From an uncultured Pseudomonadota bacterium (lineage in GTDB: Bacteria > Myxococcota_A > Polyangia > Fen-1088), in assembly GCA_963847705.1 (NCBI GenBank), contig CAWKBC010000034.1, forward strand, positions 192,001 to 256,000: DNA of 64,000 nt, read 5' to 3'. The position numbers and the translations under genes were made by a program. This document shows, piece by piece, positions 1-14,659 of the stretch. Numbering within the stretch: the first letter of the stretch is position 1; every line of letters starts with the position of its first letter. The notes below the pieces were generated by a model. It saw only the letters and a list, made by a program, of their open reading frames with translations, did no database searches and was not told the DNA's origin.

Positions 1-115
1 GCGGGCGCCCCAGATCCGCGGAGAGGACCCGCTCCTCGAGCCAGGCTCCGACCACCACGGCGCCCACGAGGACCGCCACCGCCAGCGGAGCTAGGAGGCG
101 TGCGCGGCGCGACAC
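1..115 (-). CDS. N-terminal fragment of a probable membrane or secreted protein running off the window edge
   Basis: GTG at 115 reads VSRRARLLAPLAVAVLVGAVVVGAWLEE..., a basic then hydrophobic N-terminus; open to position 1; directly downstream of the kinase gene. Confidence 0.35.
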   Translation of the reverse strand, partial: MSRRARLLAPLAVAVLVGAVVVGAWLEERVLSADLGRP

Positions 116-149
116 GCGGGCATCTTAACCGGCGCCGTCGCGCCGGGCC

Positions 150-3174
<3,025 letters not shown>

Positions 3175-3278
3175 TTCACGAGCGCGCGTCGCCGGAAGCG
3201 CCGGCGGAGCTGAACCCCCGCGGGGCGCCGCCCGTTGGGCGTCTTCTTGGGTGGGCGATCTTATCAGGTCGAAGCTCC

Positions 3279-3293
3279 TGGCATGACTTTCGC
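3279..3293 (+). promoter_or_regulatory. Possible sigma54 (-24/-12) promoter
   Basis: TGGCAT-GACTT-TCGC with correct GG-N10-GC spacing, upstream of the lipoprotein gene. Confidence 0.4.
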
Positions 3294-3449
3294 GCTTCGC
3301 ACCCCGGGCAGGAAAATTGCGCGGGTGTACCGGCTTGTAATCGACGAGACACCAATACTTCTAAAGGACCGATTTCTCACATGTGGTCAGATGCCATACC
3401 CATCGCTCCCCTGATGCGGGTGGCGCGGAAAAAGGCGAAGATAACCGTG

Positions 3450-5039
3450 ATGTCGACGGGGAAAACGGTCGCGGTCTTGCGAGCTCTGGTGCTCGGCGCG
3501 CTCGCGCCCGGGTGTAGCTCAGGCGGAAATCAGATTGCCGGGACCGGGGGTACGGGCGGCCAGGGGGGCGCCGGCGGAAGCTCGCAGACGACGACCGAGA
3601 CCATCACGATCGCCGAGAGCAGCAATCCCAAGGTCGACATCCTGTTCGTGCTCGACGACTGGGCCTCGACGACCGAAATGCAGCAGAAGCTCAACGACCA
3701 GCTTCCGACCTTCGTACGGGTGCTGCAATCCTTGCCCACGCCGCTCGATCTCCACGTCGCCGTTGCGACCACCGACATGGGCGCGCCGAGCGACGTGATG
3801 AACCAGATCATGTCCACGGCGCAGGGGGACAACGGCGCCTTCCAGAGCACGCCGAGAGGGGCCTGCACCAGCACGACCCTCATGAACGGCGCGACGTTCC
3901 TCGCCGACGACGGAAACGGAACGGCGAACTTCACCGATCCGATGGCGACCGTTCTTCAGTGCATCTCGCTGGTGGGCAACAAAGCGAGCGGATTCGGCCA
4001 ACCGCTCGCCGCCGCCGCGCGGGCGCTCGGCGCGGACAACGTCGTGAACGGGGTGCCGACGCCTCCAGCGACGAACGTCGGGTTCTTGCGACCGGACGCC
4101 TATCTGGCCATCATTTTCCTGGCCAACCAGGACGACTGCTCTGTCCCCGCCGGAACGCAGCTCTTCTCGATCAACGGAGGGGAACAGAATCTGACCAACC
4201 CGCTCGGGCCGATCTCGCACTACCGCTGCAATCAGTTCGGGCACCTCTGCAAGGACCCGGCGTCGAGCAACCCGCAGGCGCTGGTCATGCCGCCGCTCAA
4301 TCCGCCGTCCGACGCCCAGGGGACGACCTCGAATCCGACGCTCGACCTGACCGGCTGCCAGGACAACGACCAGGGGACAGGTCTCCTGATCCCGGTCAGC
4401 ACGCTCGTCTCGGAAATCAAGGCGCTCAAGTCCGATCCGGACAATCAGATCATCGTCGCCTCGATCTCGGCGCCGCCGACGCCGTACACGGTCGCCTGGC
4501 TCCCGGAATCGGACGGAGAGAACACCCAACCCGGAGAGCTCTGGCCCGAGATCGAGCATTCCTGTGGCGCGAGGGGGGGCGACGACGTCAACCCCCAATC
4601 GGTGTTGAACCCGACCGACGGCAGCTTCGGGGATCCCGGCGTGCGGATGGCGGCGTTCGTGGGCGGCTTTTCAGACAGCGTGCTCGCGTCGATCTGCGAC
4701 GCGAGCTACGCCTCGGCCGCGCAAGTGATCGCCACGAAGGTCGGCCAGCTGCCCAGCAGCGGGACCTGCCTCACCGGCCCGATTCAGACCGCCGCCACTG
4801 GAGCGCCGAGCTGCACGGTCGTCGCCCAGGTTCCGAGCGCGAGCGGCGCCACCAAGAGCGTGCCTTACGCCAGCTGCCAGGCCAACGGCGGGGCCGCCCC
4901 CTGCTGGACGCTGGTCACCGGCCCCGCGAACTGCGCGGGCCAGACGGTTGTCGTGATGAACGCTCCCGGTGCGCCGAGCTCGTCGGTCACCGCCAGTTGT
5001 CAGGTCTGCAATCCGGGCGCTTCCGTTCCGGGCTGCTAG
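3450..5039 (+). CDS. Myxobacterial VWA-like Cys-containing lipoprotein
   Basis: Signal peptide with lipobox LAPGC, Gly-rich linker, KVDILFVLDD, HVAVATTDMG and FLRPDAYLAIIFL motifs, paired Cys; ORF track start 3381, ATG 3450 preferred. Confidence 0.75.
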   Translation: MSTGKTVAVLRALVLGALAPGCSSGGNQIAGTGGTGGQGGAGGSSQTTTETITIAESSNPKVDILFVLDDWASTTEMQQKLNDQLPTFVRVLQSLPTPLDLHVAVATTDMGAPSDVMNQIMSTAQGDNGAFQSTPRGACTSTTLMNGATFLADDGNGTANFTDPMATVLQCISLVGNKASGFGQPLAAAARALGADNVVNGVPTPPATNVGFLRPDAYLAIIFLANQDDCSVPAGTQLFSINGGEQNLTNPLGPISHYRCNQFGHLCKDPASSNPQALVMPPLNPPSDAQGTTSNPTLDLTGCQDNDQGTGLLIPVSTLVSEIKALKSDPDNQIIVASISAPPTPYTVAWLPESDGENTQPGELWPEIEHSCGARGGDDVNPQSVLNPTDGSFGDPGVRMAAFVGGFSDSVLASICDASYASAAQVIATKVGQLPSSGTCLTGPIQTAATGAPSCTVVAQVPSASGATKSVPYASCQANGGAAPCWTLVTGPANCAGQTVVVMNAPGAPSSSVTASCQVCNPGASVPGC

Positions 5040-5050
5040 AGACAGAGCCA

Positions 5051-6295
5051 ATGCCGGGCGAATATCTGCTGGTCATCGACGACAGCCCGACGGTGCAGAA
5101 GGTCGTCGAGCGGGCGCTCTCCGAGGCGGGGCACCGGGTGCTCGCTGCGGCGGACGGCGAGTCGGCCCTGGCCTTGATCCGTGAGGCCCGCGCCGTGCCC
5201 GAGCTGATCCTCCTGGACGGCCTCATCCCCGGGCGCGACCCCGCCGATTTCTGCCGCCAGTTGACCGACCAGCCGGCGCTGGCCCGGGTCCCGGTGGTGG
5301 TGATGATCGCGCGCGGGCAGGCGGCCGATCTGGAGGAGCGCTTCGCCAGGGCGTCCAACGTCGTCGACACGATCGGCAAGCCGTTTTCGCCGGAGGCGCT
5401 GCAGGCCGTCGTCGCGCGCGTGGTTCGCCTCCCAGGTTCACTGGGCCGAACCGCCACCTCGTTCGCCGTCGCCGAAGCTCTCTCGCTGTCGGCCGAACCC
5501 GCCGACAGAGGCGTCGCCGAGGCCCGCGCGTTCGCCGCCGAAGGACTGCTCCTGGCCGGCAATCTGGCGGCGATCTCGCTGAGCCAGATCATCGAGCTGC
5601 TCGCCGATCAGCTGCACACCGGAGCGCTGCGGGTCCTCAACACCGAGAGCGGCGCCCGCATCGAGATCTACTTTCAGGCGGGGCGGGTCGACTTCGCGGC
5701 CGCGATGGGGGTGGCCGAAGAGTTCCTCATCGGCCGGTTCACCGTGGAGACCGGCGACGTCACGGCCGAGGCGCTCACCCGCGTGCTCGAGGAGCGCGCC
5801 CGGGCCACGATCCCACCGCCCCTGTTCGGCGCCGATCTGGTGGCCCGGGGGCTCATCTCGCAGGCGGCGCTGACGCTGGCGATGACCCGCCAGACCAGCG
5901 AGCTGGCTTACGAGACGCTCCGCTGGCGCGCTGGTTTCTTTCAGTTTCGGCAGGGCGGCGAGCTGCCCGCGCCGGCGCGCGAGGCGCGGCTTCAACTCAA
6001 CGTCGATCGGATGCTGCTCGAGGGGTACCGCCGGGTCGACGAGTGGCGGGTCATCGAGCGCGAGATCGCCGACCTGGACGAGGTCTTCATCCGCAACGAA
6101 AACAAGATCGCCGAGCTGCCGCGCGGGACCCTGACGCGCGACGAGCTGGGCGTGCTCGACGAGGTCGACGGCCGCCAGAGCGTGCGCGAGATCGTGCGCA
6201 AGCTGCGCATGGGATCGTTCGACGTCTCGAAGGTCTTCTTCCGCTTCAGTCGCGCCCGCCTGATCCGAAGGCGCGTGCGTCCGACGTCTGTTTAG
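5051..6295 (+). CDS. Response regulator with DUF4388/PATAN-like domain and C-terminal winged helix
   Basis: LLVIDDS, LILLD and KPF receiver motifs; LAGNLAAISLSQIIELL...TGALRV and W-x-x-G-F-F-Q-F typical of DUF4388; VDGRQSVREIV. Confidence 0.8.
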   Translation: MPGEYLLVIDDSPTVQKVVERALSEAGHRVLAAADGESALALIREARAVPELILLDGLIPGRDPADFCRQLTDQPALARVPVVVMIARGQAADLEERFARASNVVDTIGKPFSPEALQAVVARVVRLPGSLGRTATSFAVAEALSLSAEPADRGVAEARAFAAEGLLLAGNLAAISLSQIIELLADQLHTGALRVLNTESGARIEIYFQAGRVDFAAAMGVAEEFLIGRFTVETGDVTAEALTRVLEERARATIPPPLFGADLVARGLISQAALTLAMTRQTSELAYETLRWRAGFFQFRQGGELPAPAREARLQLNVDRMLLEGYRRVDEWRVIEREIADLDEVFIRNENKIAELPRGTLTRDELGVLDEVDGRQSVREIVRKLRMGSFDVSKVFFRFSRARLIRRRVRPTSV

Positions 6296-7062
6296 CCGGC
6301 TATGGCGCTTTGGCCGTCGAGAGGCGCGTCGGGGCGCTGGAGCTTGTAGCCCATGCCGCGGACCGACTGCAGCCGCTCGCCGAGCTCGCCCAGCTTGGCG
6401 CGCAGGTTGAGCACGTGCGTGTCGACGGTGCGGACGCGCCCGACGTGGCGGTAACCCCAGACGCGGGAAAGGAGCTCCTGGCGGGTGAACACGCGGCCAA
6501 CCCGGTCCGCGAGAAACCGCAGGAGCTGAAACTCGTAGGGCGTGAGGCCGAGGGATTTCCCCCCCTCATAGGCCTGCCGCATCTCGCAGTCGAGCGTGAC
6601 GTCCCCGTACCGAACCTGCAACGGCGCACCCGGCCGCTTGTCGCGCGCCTGAAGCTGCCGCAGCCGGGCCGCCATCTCGTCGGCGCTGACCGGGATCAGG
6701 ATGAAGTCGTCGGCCCCCATCTCCGGGTCGAGCCCCGAGACGCGCGCCACCTCGAGACAGAGGAGAATCCGCGTCGCCACCAGGTCGGGACGTTGCCGCA
6801 GCCGCTTGATCGCGTGCCGGCCGATCTCGAGGTGCTCGCCCGCCTCCACCACCGCCACATCCGCCACGCCCGACAGCGCGTCCAGCTCCGCCAGATCGTA
6901 GCCGACCACCGTCACGTCGTGCCCCAGACTGCGCAGCATCGAGGCCGGGGATTCGGGTCGCGCCTGGCTGCGCCCTGGATCCAGGGTCACCACGATCGCG
7001 CGCAATCCAGAGCCGACGAGCCGCATGTATGGAGCGTCCACCGGGGAAGAACCGATGAACAC
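6292..7062 (-). CDS. OmpR/GlnR-like winged-helix regulator with atypical receiver domain
   Basis: C-terminal LTPYEFQLL...VFTRQELLSRVWG...RTVDTHVLNLRAKLG...VRGMGY. Confidence 0.85.
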   Translation of the reverse strand: MFIGSSPVDAPYMRLVGSGLRAIVVTLDPGRSQARPESPASMLRSLGHDVTVVGYDLAELDALSGVADVAVVEAGEHLEIGRHAIKRLRQRPDLVATRILLCLEVARVSGLDPEMGADDFILIPVSADEMAARLRQLQARDKRPGAPLQVRYGDVTLDCEMRQAYEGGKSLGLTPYEFQLLRFLADRVGRVFTRQELLSRVWGYRHVGRVRTVDTHVLNLRAKLGELGERLQSVRGMGYKLQRPDAPLDGQSAIAG

Positions 7063-7142
7063 ATTCAGACTACGCCACCGCCGGTTAACTGCGGGTTTCG
7101 GCGACGAACATTCTATGTAAACGCCCCCGATCGTGAGGTCGG

Positions 7143-7311
7143 TGACTTCTGATCGCGTCGAGCGTAGGCGGGCTTTGCCCGCCGGAGCTCATCGCGGGAG
7201 GTTTCAGGAACCCTCCCAGGGTTCCTGACTTCTGATCGCGTCGAGCGTAGGCGGGCTTTGCCCGCCGGAGCTCATCGCGGGAGGTTTTAGGAACCCTTCC
7301 CAGGGTTCCTG
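7143..7311 (-). repeat. Two tandem copies (83-bp period) of a structured REP-like element directly after the dgt stop codon
   Basis: Near-identical copies starting at 7143 and 7226; hairpins GGAACCCT-GGG-AGGGTTCC and GGCGGGC-AAA-GCCCGCC. Confidence 0.9.
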
Positions 7312-7313
7312 CC

Positions 7314-8363
7314 TTAATACACAGGCCAACGATGGGGCAGGAAGTATTCTTCGTAGACGCGCAGGGCGTAGCGGTCGGTCATGCCGGTGATGAAGTCCCC
7401 CACGGCGCGCGAGAGCCCGTCGGACTCCGGAATTCCCTTGGGCCAGTGACTGGCGCGGAACTCGTCGGGGTGGGCGTGGAAGTAGGCCCACAGCTCGCCG
7501 ATGATCCGCTGCGCCTTCTCGAACTCCCCGCGGATCTCCTTCCGCTCGTAGACGGTCTCGTACAGAAAATCGCGTAAGGCGATCAACGCGTCGAGCACCT
7601 CGTCGGTCATCCGGATCTGGCGCTTTTCTTCCAGCCGCGAGGCCGACACCATGTCGTTGACCATCCGGGAGATCCGCTCGCCGTGCGAACGGCCGAGCTT
7701 GTCGAGGATGGAGGCCGGAACCGAGGCCGGATCGACGACCCGCCCGCGGACCGCGTCGTCGAGATCGTGGTTCACGTAGGCGACGATGTCGCTGATACGG
7801 ACGATCTGCCCTTCCAGGGTCATGGCCATCAAGTTCGGGTTGTCCGAGATGATGTGCCCCTTCCCCTTCGAGTGCTTGAGGATCCCGTCGCGCACCTCGA
7901 CGGAGAGGTTCAGCCCCTGCCCTTCCCGCTCGAGCTTCTCCACCACGCGGATCGACTGTTTGACGTGGTGAAAGCCGTCGGGCATCAGCTTGGCCAGGAC
8001 CTTTTCGCCGGCGTGACCGAACGGCGTGTGGCCGAGATCGTGCCCCATGACGATCGCTTCGGTGAGCGACTCGTTGAGGCCGAGCGCCCGGGTCACCGTG
8101 CGGGCGATCTGCGACACCTCCAGGGTGTGGGTGATGCGCGTGCGGTAGTGGTCCCCTTCCGGGGCCAAAAAGACCTGCGTCTTGCCAGCCAGCCGCCGGA
8201 ACGCCTTCGAGTGGATGATGCGATCACGATCGTGCTGGAAGATCGGGCGCACCGGATCGGGCGGCTCGGGGCGGTCGCGCCCCTTGCTGGCCCGGCTCTT
8301 CTGGGCGAACGGCGAGAGGACCTTCTCCTCGTCGTCCTCCAGTTTTTCGCGGATGCTGCTCAT
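7314..8363 (-). CDS. dgt: Deoxyguanosinetriphosphate triphosphohydrolase-like HD protein
   Basis: DRDRIIHSKAFRRLAGKTQVF, RTRITHTLEV, GHDLGHTPFGHAGE, DFITGMTDRYA. Confidence 0.93.
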   Translation of the reverse strand: MSSIREKLEDDEEKVLSPFAQKSRASKGRDRPEPPDPVRPIFQHDRDRIIHSKAFRRLAGKTQVFLAPEGDHYRTRITHTLEVSQIARTVTRALGLNESLTEAIVMGHDLGHTPFGHAGEKVLAKLMPDGFHHVKQSIRVVEKLEREGQGLNLSVEVRDGILKHSKGKGHIISDNPNLMAMTLEGQIVRISDIVAYVNHDLDDAVRGRVVDPASVPASILDKLGRSHGERISRMVNDMVSASRLEEKRQIRMTDEVLDALIALRDFLYETVYERKEIRGEFEKAQRIIGELWAYFHAHPDEFRASHWPKGIPESDGLSRAVGDFITGMTDRYALRVYEEYFLPHRWPVY

Positions 8364-8374
8364 CGTTCTTTCTG

Positions 8375-10618
<2,244 letters not shown>

Positions 10619-10630
10619 TGTGTGTTCCTT

Positions 10631-11965
10631 CTAAGGTTTGCCGTAGGGGGGCGATCCGCTCGGCGCGCGCAGCGCGTAGAGCTTGTGATCGTCCGACCCC
10701 ACGAAGATGGTGCCGTCTGCTGCCAAGGTGGGAGAGCTGTCGATGTCGCCACCGAGCTCCACCGACCAGCGCAGATGGCCGTCGGGCTCGAGACAATAGA
10801 GGCGGTCGTCCTGCGAGCCAAACAGGACGGCGCCTGCCGCGTCGACCAGAGGCGACGAGACGATGCGATCGCCGGCCCGGAATGACCAGGCCAGCGTGCC
10901 GTCCAGATGGACGGCGTAGAGTTGAGCGTCGAACGAGCCGACGTAGATGATGCCGTTGCCGATCGCCACGGAGGAGCGGATGTCGGCCCCCGTCGTGAAG
11001 GCCCAGCGCAGGACGCCGTCCGGGCCGATGGCGTACAGCTTGTGATCGTCGGAGCCGACGTAGATCGTCCCGTCGTCACCGATGGCGGGCGCCGGCTCGA
11101 TGTCGGCCCCCGCCCGAAAATCCCAGCGCTTCTGGCCGTTGGGGGCGATGGCATAAAGAGTGTTGTCCTGGCTTCCCGCCACCACGGTGCCGTCGGGAAG
11201 CAGCGCCGGGGCCGACGAGACGTGTCCGTTGGTCGCAAAATGCCAGCGCAAGGTGCCATCGGGGTTGATGGCGTAGACGCCGTCGCCCCCGACGTAGATG
11301 ACGCCGTCCGGGCCAATGGTCGGGCCGGCGTCGACGTCACACCGGCTGGCCTCCGGGCCGATCCCGACCCGCTGGGGACAGGCCCCCAGTTGCACGATCC
11401 AGCGCGGTTTCCCCTCGTTTGGCGTCACGGCGTAAAGATGATCGTCGTCCGAGCCGATGTAGACAGTCCCGTCGTGTGCCACGGCGGGCGAGCTGAAAAT
11501 GATGTCCCCTGTCGCGTACGACCACTTGAGCGTCCCGTCCCGGGCGACGTCGTACACCCGGTTGTCCTGCGAGCCGACCAGGACCGAGCCGTCGCCGGCG
11601 ATGGCCGGTGAAGAGATGATGGGACCGCCGGTCTGGAAGACCCACCAGATGGTGGGCTTGATGGCTGGGAGCGTGAAGGGGGAGCGCCCGCGGTGCGTCG
11701 GCCCGAAGCGGAACATCGCCTGCGCCGGCTCGACGGCGTACTGCGGGAGTGGCAGCGGCGCCGAGGACCCCTCGCTCACGCTGCCGAAGGGCCGGGACGC
11801 GGTGGCCGGCCAGGTGCAGTGGCCCGCGTCGCACAGCCGGTTGAGCTTGCAGTCATGGTCGCTGGCACAGGGCACCGCCTCCACGTGGGCGCAGGCCAGC
11901 GGCGCGAGACACAGACCGGCCAAGCAGAGAAGACGAAGAAGGCGAAGGGCCGGGATTAGGTTCAC
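10631..11965 (-). CDS. PQQ-like beta-propeller repeat lipoprotein
   Basis: Lipobox LAC, small Cys knot, multiple SSPA..DGTxYxGSxDxxLYA..DG..W repeats. Confidence 0.85.
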   Translation of the reverse strand: MNLIPALRLLRLLCLAGLCLAPLACAHVEAVPCASDHDCKLNRLCDAGHCTWPATASRPFGSVSEGSSAPLPLPQYAVEPAQAMFRFGPTHRGRSPFTLPAIKPTIWWVFQTGGPIISSPAIAGDGSVLVGSQDNRVYDVARDGTLKWSYATGDIIFSSPAVAHDGTVYIGSDDDHLYAVTPNEGKPRWIVQLGACPQRVGIGPEASRCDVDAGPTIGPDGVIYVGGDGVYAINPDGTLRWHFATNGHVSSAPALLPDGTVVAGSQDNTLYAIAPNGQKRWDFRAGADIEPAPAIGDDGTIYVGSDDHKLYAIGPDGVLRWAFTTGADIRSSVAIGNGIIYVGSFDAQLYAVHLDGTLAWSFRAGDRIVSSPLVDAAGAVLFGSQDDRLYCLEPDGHLRWSVELGGDIDSSPTLAADGTIFVGSDDHKLYALRAPSGSPPYGKP

Positions 11966-12008
11966 CGGCAGGAAACGAAACGTTCGGATGGCGCAAGGTT
12001 AAGGCAAA

Positions 12009-13061
12009 TTGGAAAACCTGCAAGACCGTCTGTTACGATCGATCACCTTGGACAGATTCCTTCGTGTGGCCGGCGTCTTCGCCGTCCTGATCGCCGGCTG
12101 CAAGAAGCACGAAGTTCGGGTCAGCCCGCCGCCCGCTCCAGCCGTGTCAGCGCCCATCGCTGAAGCAGTCCCCCCGCCGCCGGTGCACACCGGACCTGTG
12201 AACGCCCACGCGCACTACCGCCACGTCGTCATCATCAGCGAGGACGGCCTGCGACCCGACGCGCTGATGAACGTGCTGCCGCCGGTGCATGCCGAGCTGA
12301 TGAAGCGAGCCTCCTATTCGCTGACGGCGCGCACGATCCGCCGCGCCTCCACCCTGCCGGCGCACGCGGCGATGCTGTCCGGATTCGACGTCAAACAGCA
12401 CGGCCTCTACTGGAACTCGTGGCACCCCGATCGCGGCTGGATCCTGGTTCCCACCATCTTCGATGCCGCCGAGAAGAACGGCGGCACGGCCGCCGCGTTC
12501 GTCGGCAAGCAAAAGCTCGAGCACATCGCCCACCCCGGCTCGGTCGACTACTTCTCGCGCCCCGGCTACTTCTGCAAGAAGGTCGTCGAGGAGGCGAGCG
12601 ACTACCTGGTCAAGAAGCGGCCACAGATCGAGTTCATTCACTTCTCCGATCCCGACGACCTCGGTCACTCGGACGGCTGGATGTCGAACCCCCAGCTCGA
12701 GGCGGTGCGCCACACCGATCGCTGCCTGCGCACCCTGCTCGACGCGACGGCCGCCGCGGGCCTCGACAAGGACACGCTCTTCATCATCTCGGCCGATCAC
12801 GGCGGCCACGGACACAACCACTCGGGCAAGATCAAGGAGGACCGCCTCATCCCCTGGATCGCCTGGGGCCCCGGCGTCCGCGCGGGCCATCGCATCACCA
12901 CGCCGATCAGCACCGTCGACACCGCGGCCACCGCCCTCTGGGCGCTCGGCTACCCCAACACCCCCGGCGCCATCGGGCACCCGGTGATGGACGCGTTCGA
13001 TCCTGCGACCCTCCCCACGCTGATCGGGACCTCTCCTCCGGCGGTCGGCCACCCCCTGTAG
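12009..13061 (+). CDS. Alkaline phosphatase superfamily (nucleotide pyrophosphatase/phosphodiesterase-like) lipoprotein
   Basis: Lipobox IAGC; VVIISEDGLRPD, STLPAHAAMLSG, DPDDLGH, ISADHGG metal-binding motifs. Confidence 0.85.
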   Translation: MENLQDRLLRSITLDRFLRVAGVFAVLIAGCKKHEVRVSPPPAPAVSAPIAEAVPPPPVHTGPVNAHAHYRHVVIISEDGLRPDALMNVLPPVHAELMKRASYSLTARTIRRASTLPAHAAMLSGFDVKQHGLYWNSWHPDRGWILVPTIFDAAEKNGGTAAAFVGKQKLEHIAHPGSVDYFSRPGYFCKKVVEEASDYLVKKRPQIEFIHFSDPDDLGHSDGWMSNPQLEAVRHTDRCLRTLLDATAAAGLDKDTLFIISADHGGHGHNHSGKIKEDRLIPWIAWGPGVRAGHRITTPISTVDTAATALWALGYPNTPGAIGHPVMDAFDPATLPTLIGTSPPAVGHPL

Positions 13062-13295
13062 TCTCCGCGTCCGGTCGCAGAGCTCGCGGACACAGCGTCG
13101 AGCGCTTCGCGCTCTCGCCGCGTCGCGCTCGCCCGCGCCAGCTCTCCCAAAGCTCCCCCACCACCCGGTCGCGGGCCGCCCCGTCTCCTCGTCGTCTCGT
13201 GGCCTCCCCAATCGCAGCCTCGCGGCTCGGCGCCCCGGATCCGGATCGGTCCCGAACCCCGAGATCCCCGACCGCGCGCGCCGCGCACGTGACCT

Positions 13296-13423
13296 CCCGC
13301 TCGCACGCTCTTTCCGCGCGCGAACTTTTTTCCGGCGGCGAGGAGCGTGGCGTTCGATCCACCGGTGCGCTCCTCGCCGCCGGAAAAAAGTCCCGTGCGG
13401 AAAACAGAGCGTGCTCGAGCGGG
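13296..13423. repeat. ~128-bp imperfect palindrome with a 24-bp perfect inverted-repeat core
   Basis: ACTTTTTTCCGGCGGCGAGGAGCG (13324-13347) is the exact reverse complement of 13368-13391; outer arms also pair. Confidence 0.85.
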
Positions 13424-13493
13424 CGCCGCTCGCGTCCGCACGGCCCGTAGTTTACTGGCGCCAGAGAGCCAACCTCAGGGCGACATCGACGGG

Positions 13494-13722
13494 CGACGCC
13501 CAAGGCGATGCGCGTAGCGCGAGCCCCGACGCCCAAGGCGATGCGCGTAGCGCCAGCCCCGACGCCCAAGGCGATGCGCGTAGCGCCAGCCCCGACGCCC
13601 AAGGCGATGCGCGTGGCGCGAGCCCCGACGCCTAAGGCGATGCGCGTGGCGCGAGCCCCGACGCCCAAGGCGATGCGCGTAGCGCCAGCCCCGACGCCCA
13701 AGGCGATGCGCGTAGCGCGAGC
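13494..13722. repeat. 33-bp tandem repeat, ~7 copies
   Basis: Unit CGACGCCCAAGGCGATGCGCGTAGCGC(G/C)AGCCC at 13494, 13527, 13560, 13593, 13626, 13659 and 13692; no spacers. Confidence 0.95.
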
Positions 13723-13764
13723 GTCCGAGGCGAGAGCGGGAGCCCCGATGCGCTGAGCCGGCGG

Positions 13765-14595
13765 CTAGAAGAAGTTCAGCGCGAAGTTCACCAGCGACCA
13801 GTTGCTCACGGTCTGGTCGTTGCCGTTGCTGTTCAGGTGCGCGCCCGTGATCGTCGCTTCGACGTCGAACGACCAGTTCCACCCCTGGATCAGCTCGACG
13901 CCGAGCCCGCCCATCGCCGCCGCGCCCCACTGGGTTGGTTGGTTGTTGCCCTGAACGGCGTCTGCCAGCCCGAAACCGCCCTTGATGAACACGCGGCGAG
14001 TCACGAAGATCTGCAGTGCGAGGAGGTTCGCCGTCTGCGAGATCGTCGAGGATCCGGAGGTCGCGACAGCGCCTTCGACGTCCCACAGCAGCAGCAGGCC
14101 CGGTTGCAACCCGAATCCCAGCCGGAAGGTGTAGGCGAACCCGTTCTCGCTGTCCTGTTTCCCGGTGGACTGATTTTCGAAGATCAGCCCGCCGAACCCG
14201 ATCCCGCCGCCCAGCGTGAACGGGCGATTGAGGACGTCACGCTGCGGCTGCGGCGGTGGGTAGGTGTAGTACGTCGGCGGCGGTGCGTACCGATAACGAT
14301 AGGGCTGGTACGGCGGCGGCCCGTAGACACGCGGCGCATAGGCCGGCGGCGCACCGTACGCCGGCGGCGCCCCATAAACCGGTGGCGCAGGCGGGGGAAC
14401 GTATCCCGGCGGCGGTGCGTACGCCGGCGGCAGCTCCGGCTGAGCCTGGGGCGCCGGCGCGGGAGCGGGCGCTGGCGCGGGGGCTGGCGCCGGCGTGATC
14501 ACCTGGGGAGGCGCAGGCTCCGGCAGGATCTGTTGCGCGTGCGCAGCAGCGGTGTGAAGCAAAAGAACAGTCAATCCAACGAGGAGCTTTTTCAT
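13765..14595 (-). CDS. Secreted Pro/Tyr-rich protein with a C-terminal outer-membrane beta-barrel-like domain
   Basis: Signal peptide MKKLLVGLTVLLLHTAAAHA, PPAYGAPP repeats, amphipathic strands, C-terminal Phe (ALNFF). Confidence 0.75.
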   Translation of the reverse strand: MKKLLVGLTVLLLHTAAAHAQQILPEPAPPQVITPAPAPAPAPAPAPAPQAQPELPPAYAPPPGYVPPPAPPVYGAPPAYGAPPAYAPRVYGPPPYQPYRYRYAPPPTYYTYPPPQPQRDVLNRPFTLGGGIGFGGLIFENQSTGKQDSENGFAYTFRLGFGLQPGLLLLWDVEGAVATSGSSTISQTANLLALQIFVTRRVFIKGGFGLADAVQGNNQPTQWGAAAMGGLGVELIQGWNWSFDVEATITGAHLNSNGNDQTVSNWSLVNFALNFF

Positions 14596-14640
14596 CGTGC
14601 GAACCTCGGTCGGCTTATGAGTGGCCATACCGCGGACGTT

Positions 14641-14656
14641 TGCAAAGGAGGCGCCA
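14641..14656 (-). promoter_or_regulatory. sigma54 (-24/-12) promoter
   Basis: Minus strand reads TGGCGC-CTCCT-TTGCA, ~45 nt upstream of ATG 14595. Confidence 0.7.
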
Positions 14657-14659
14657 CCC

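Noticed and set aside
12907-13701. Repeat-protein ORFs spanning the 33-bp array
   Set aside because: Open frames arise from the stop-poor 33-bp unit; no convincing start or SD, and one unit has TAA in one frame
13494-13722. CRISPR array
   Set aside because: Units are head-to-tail with no unique spacers, and no cas genes are nearby
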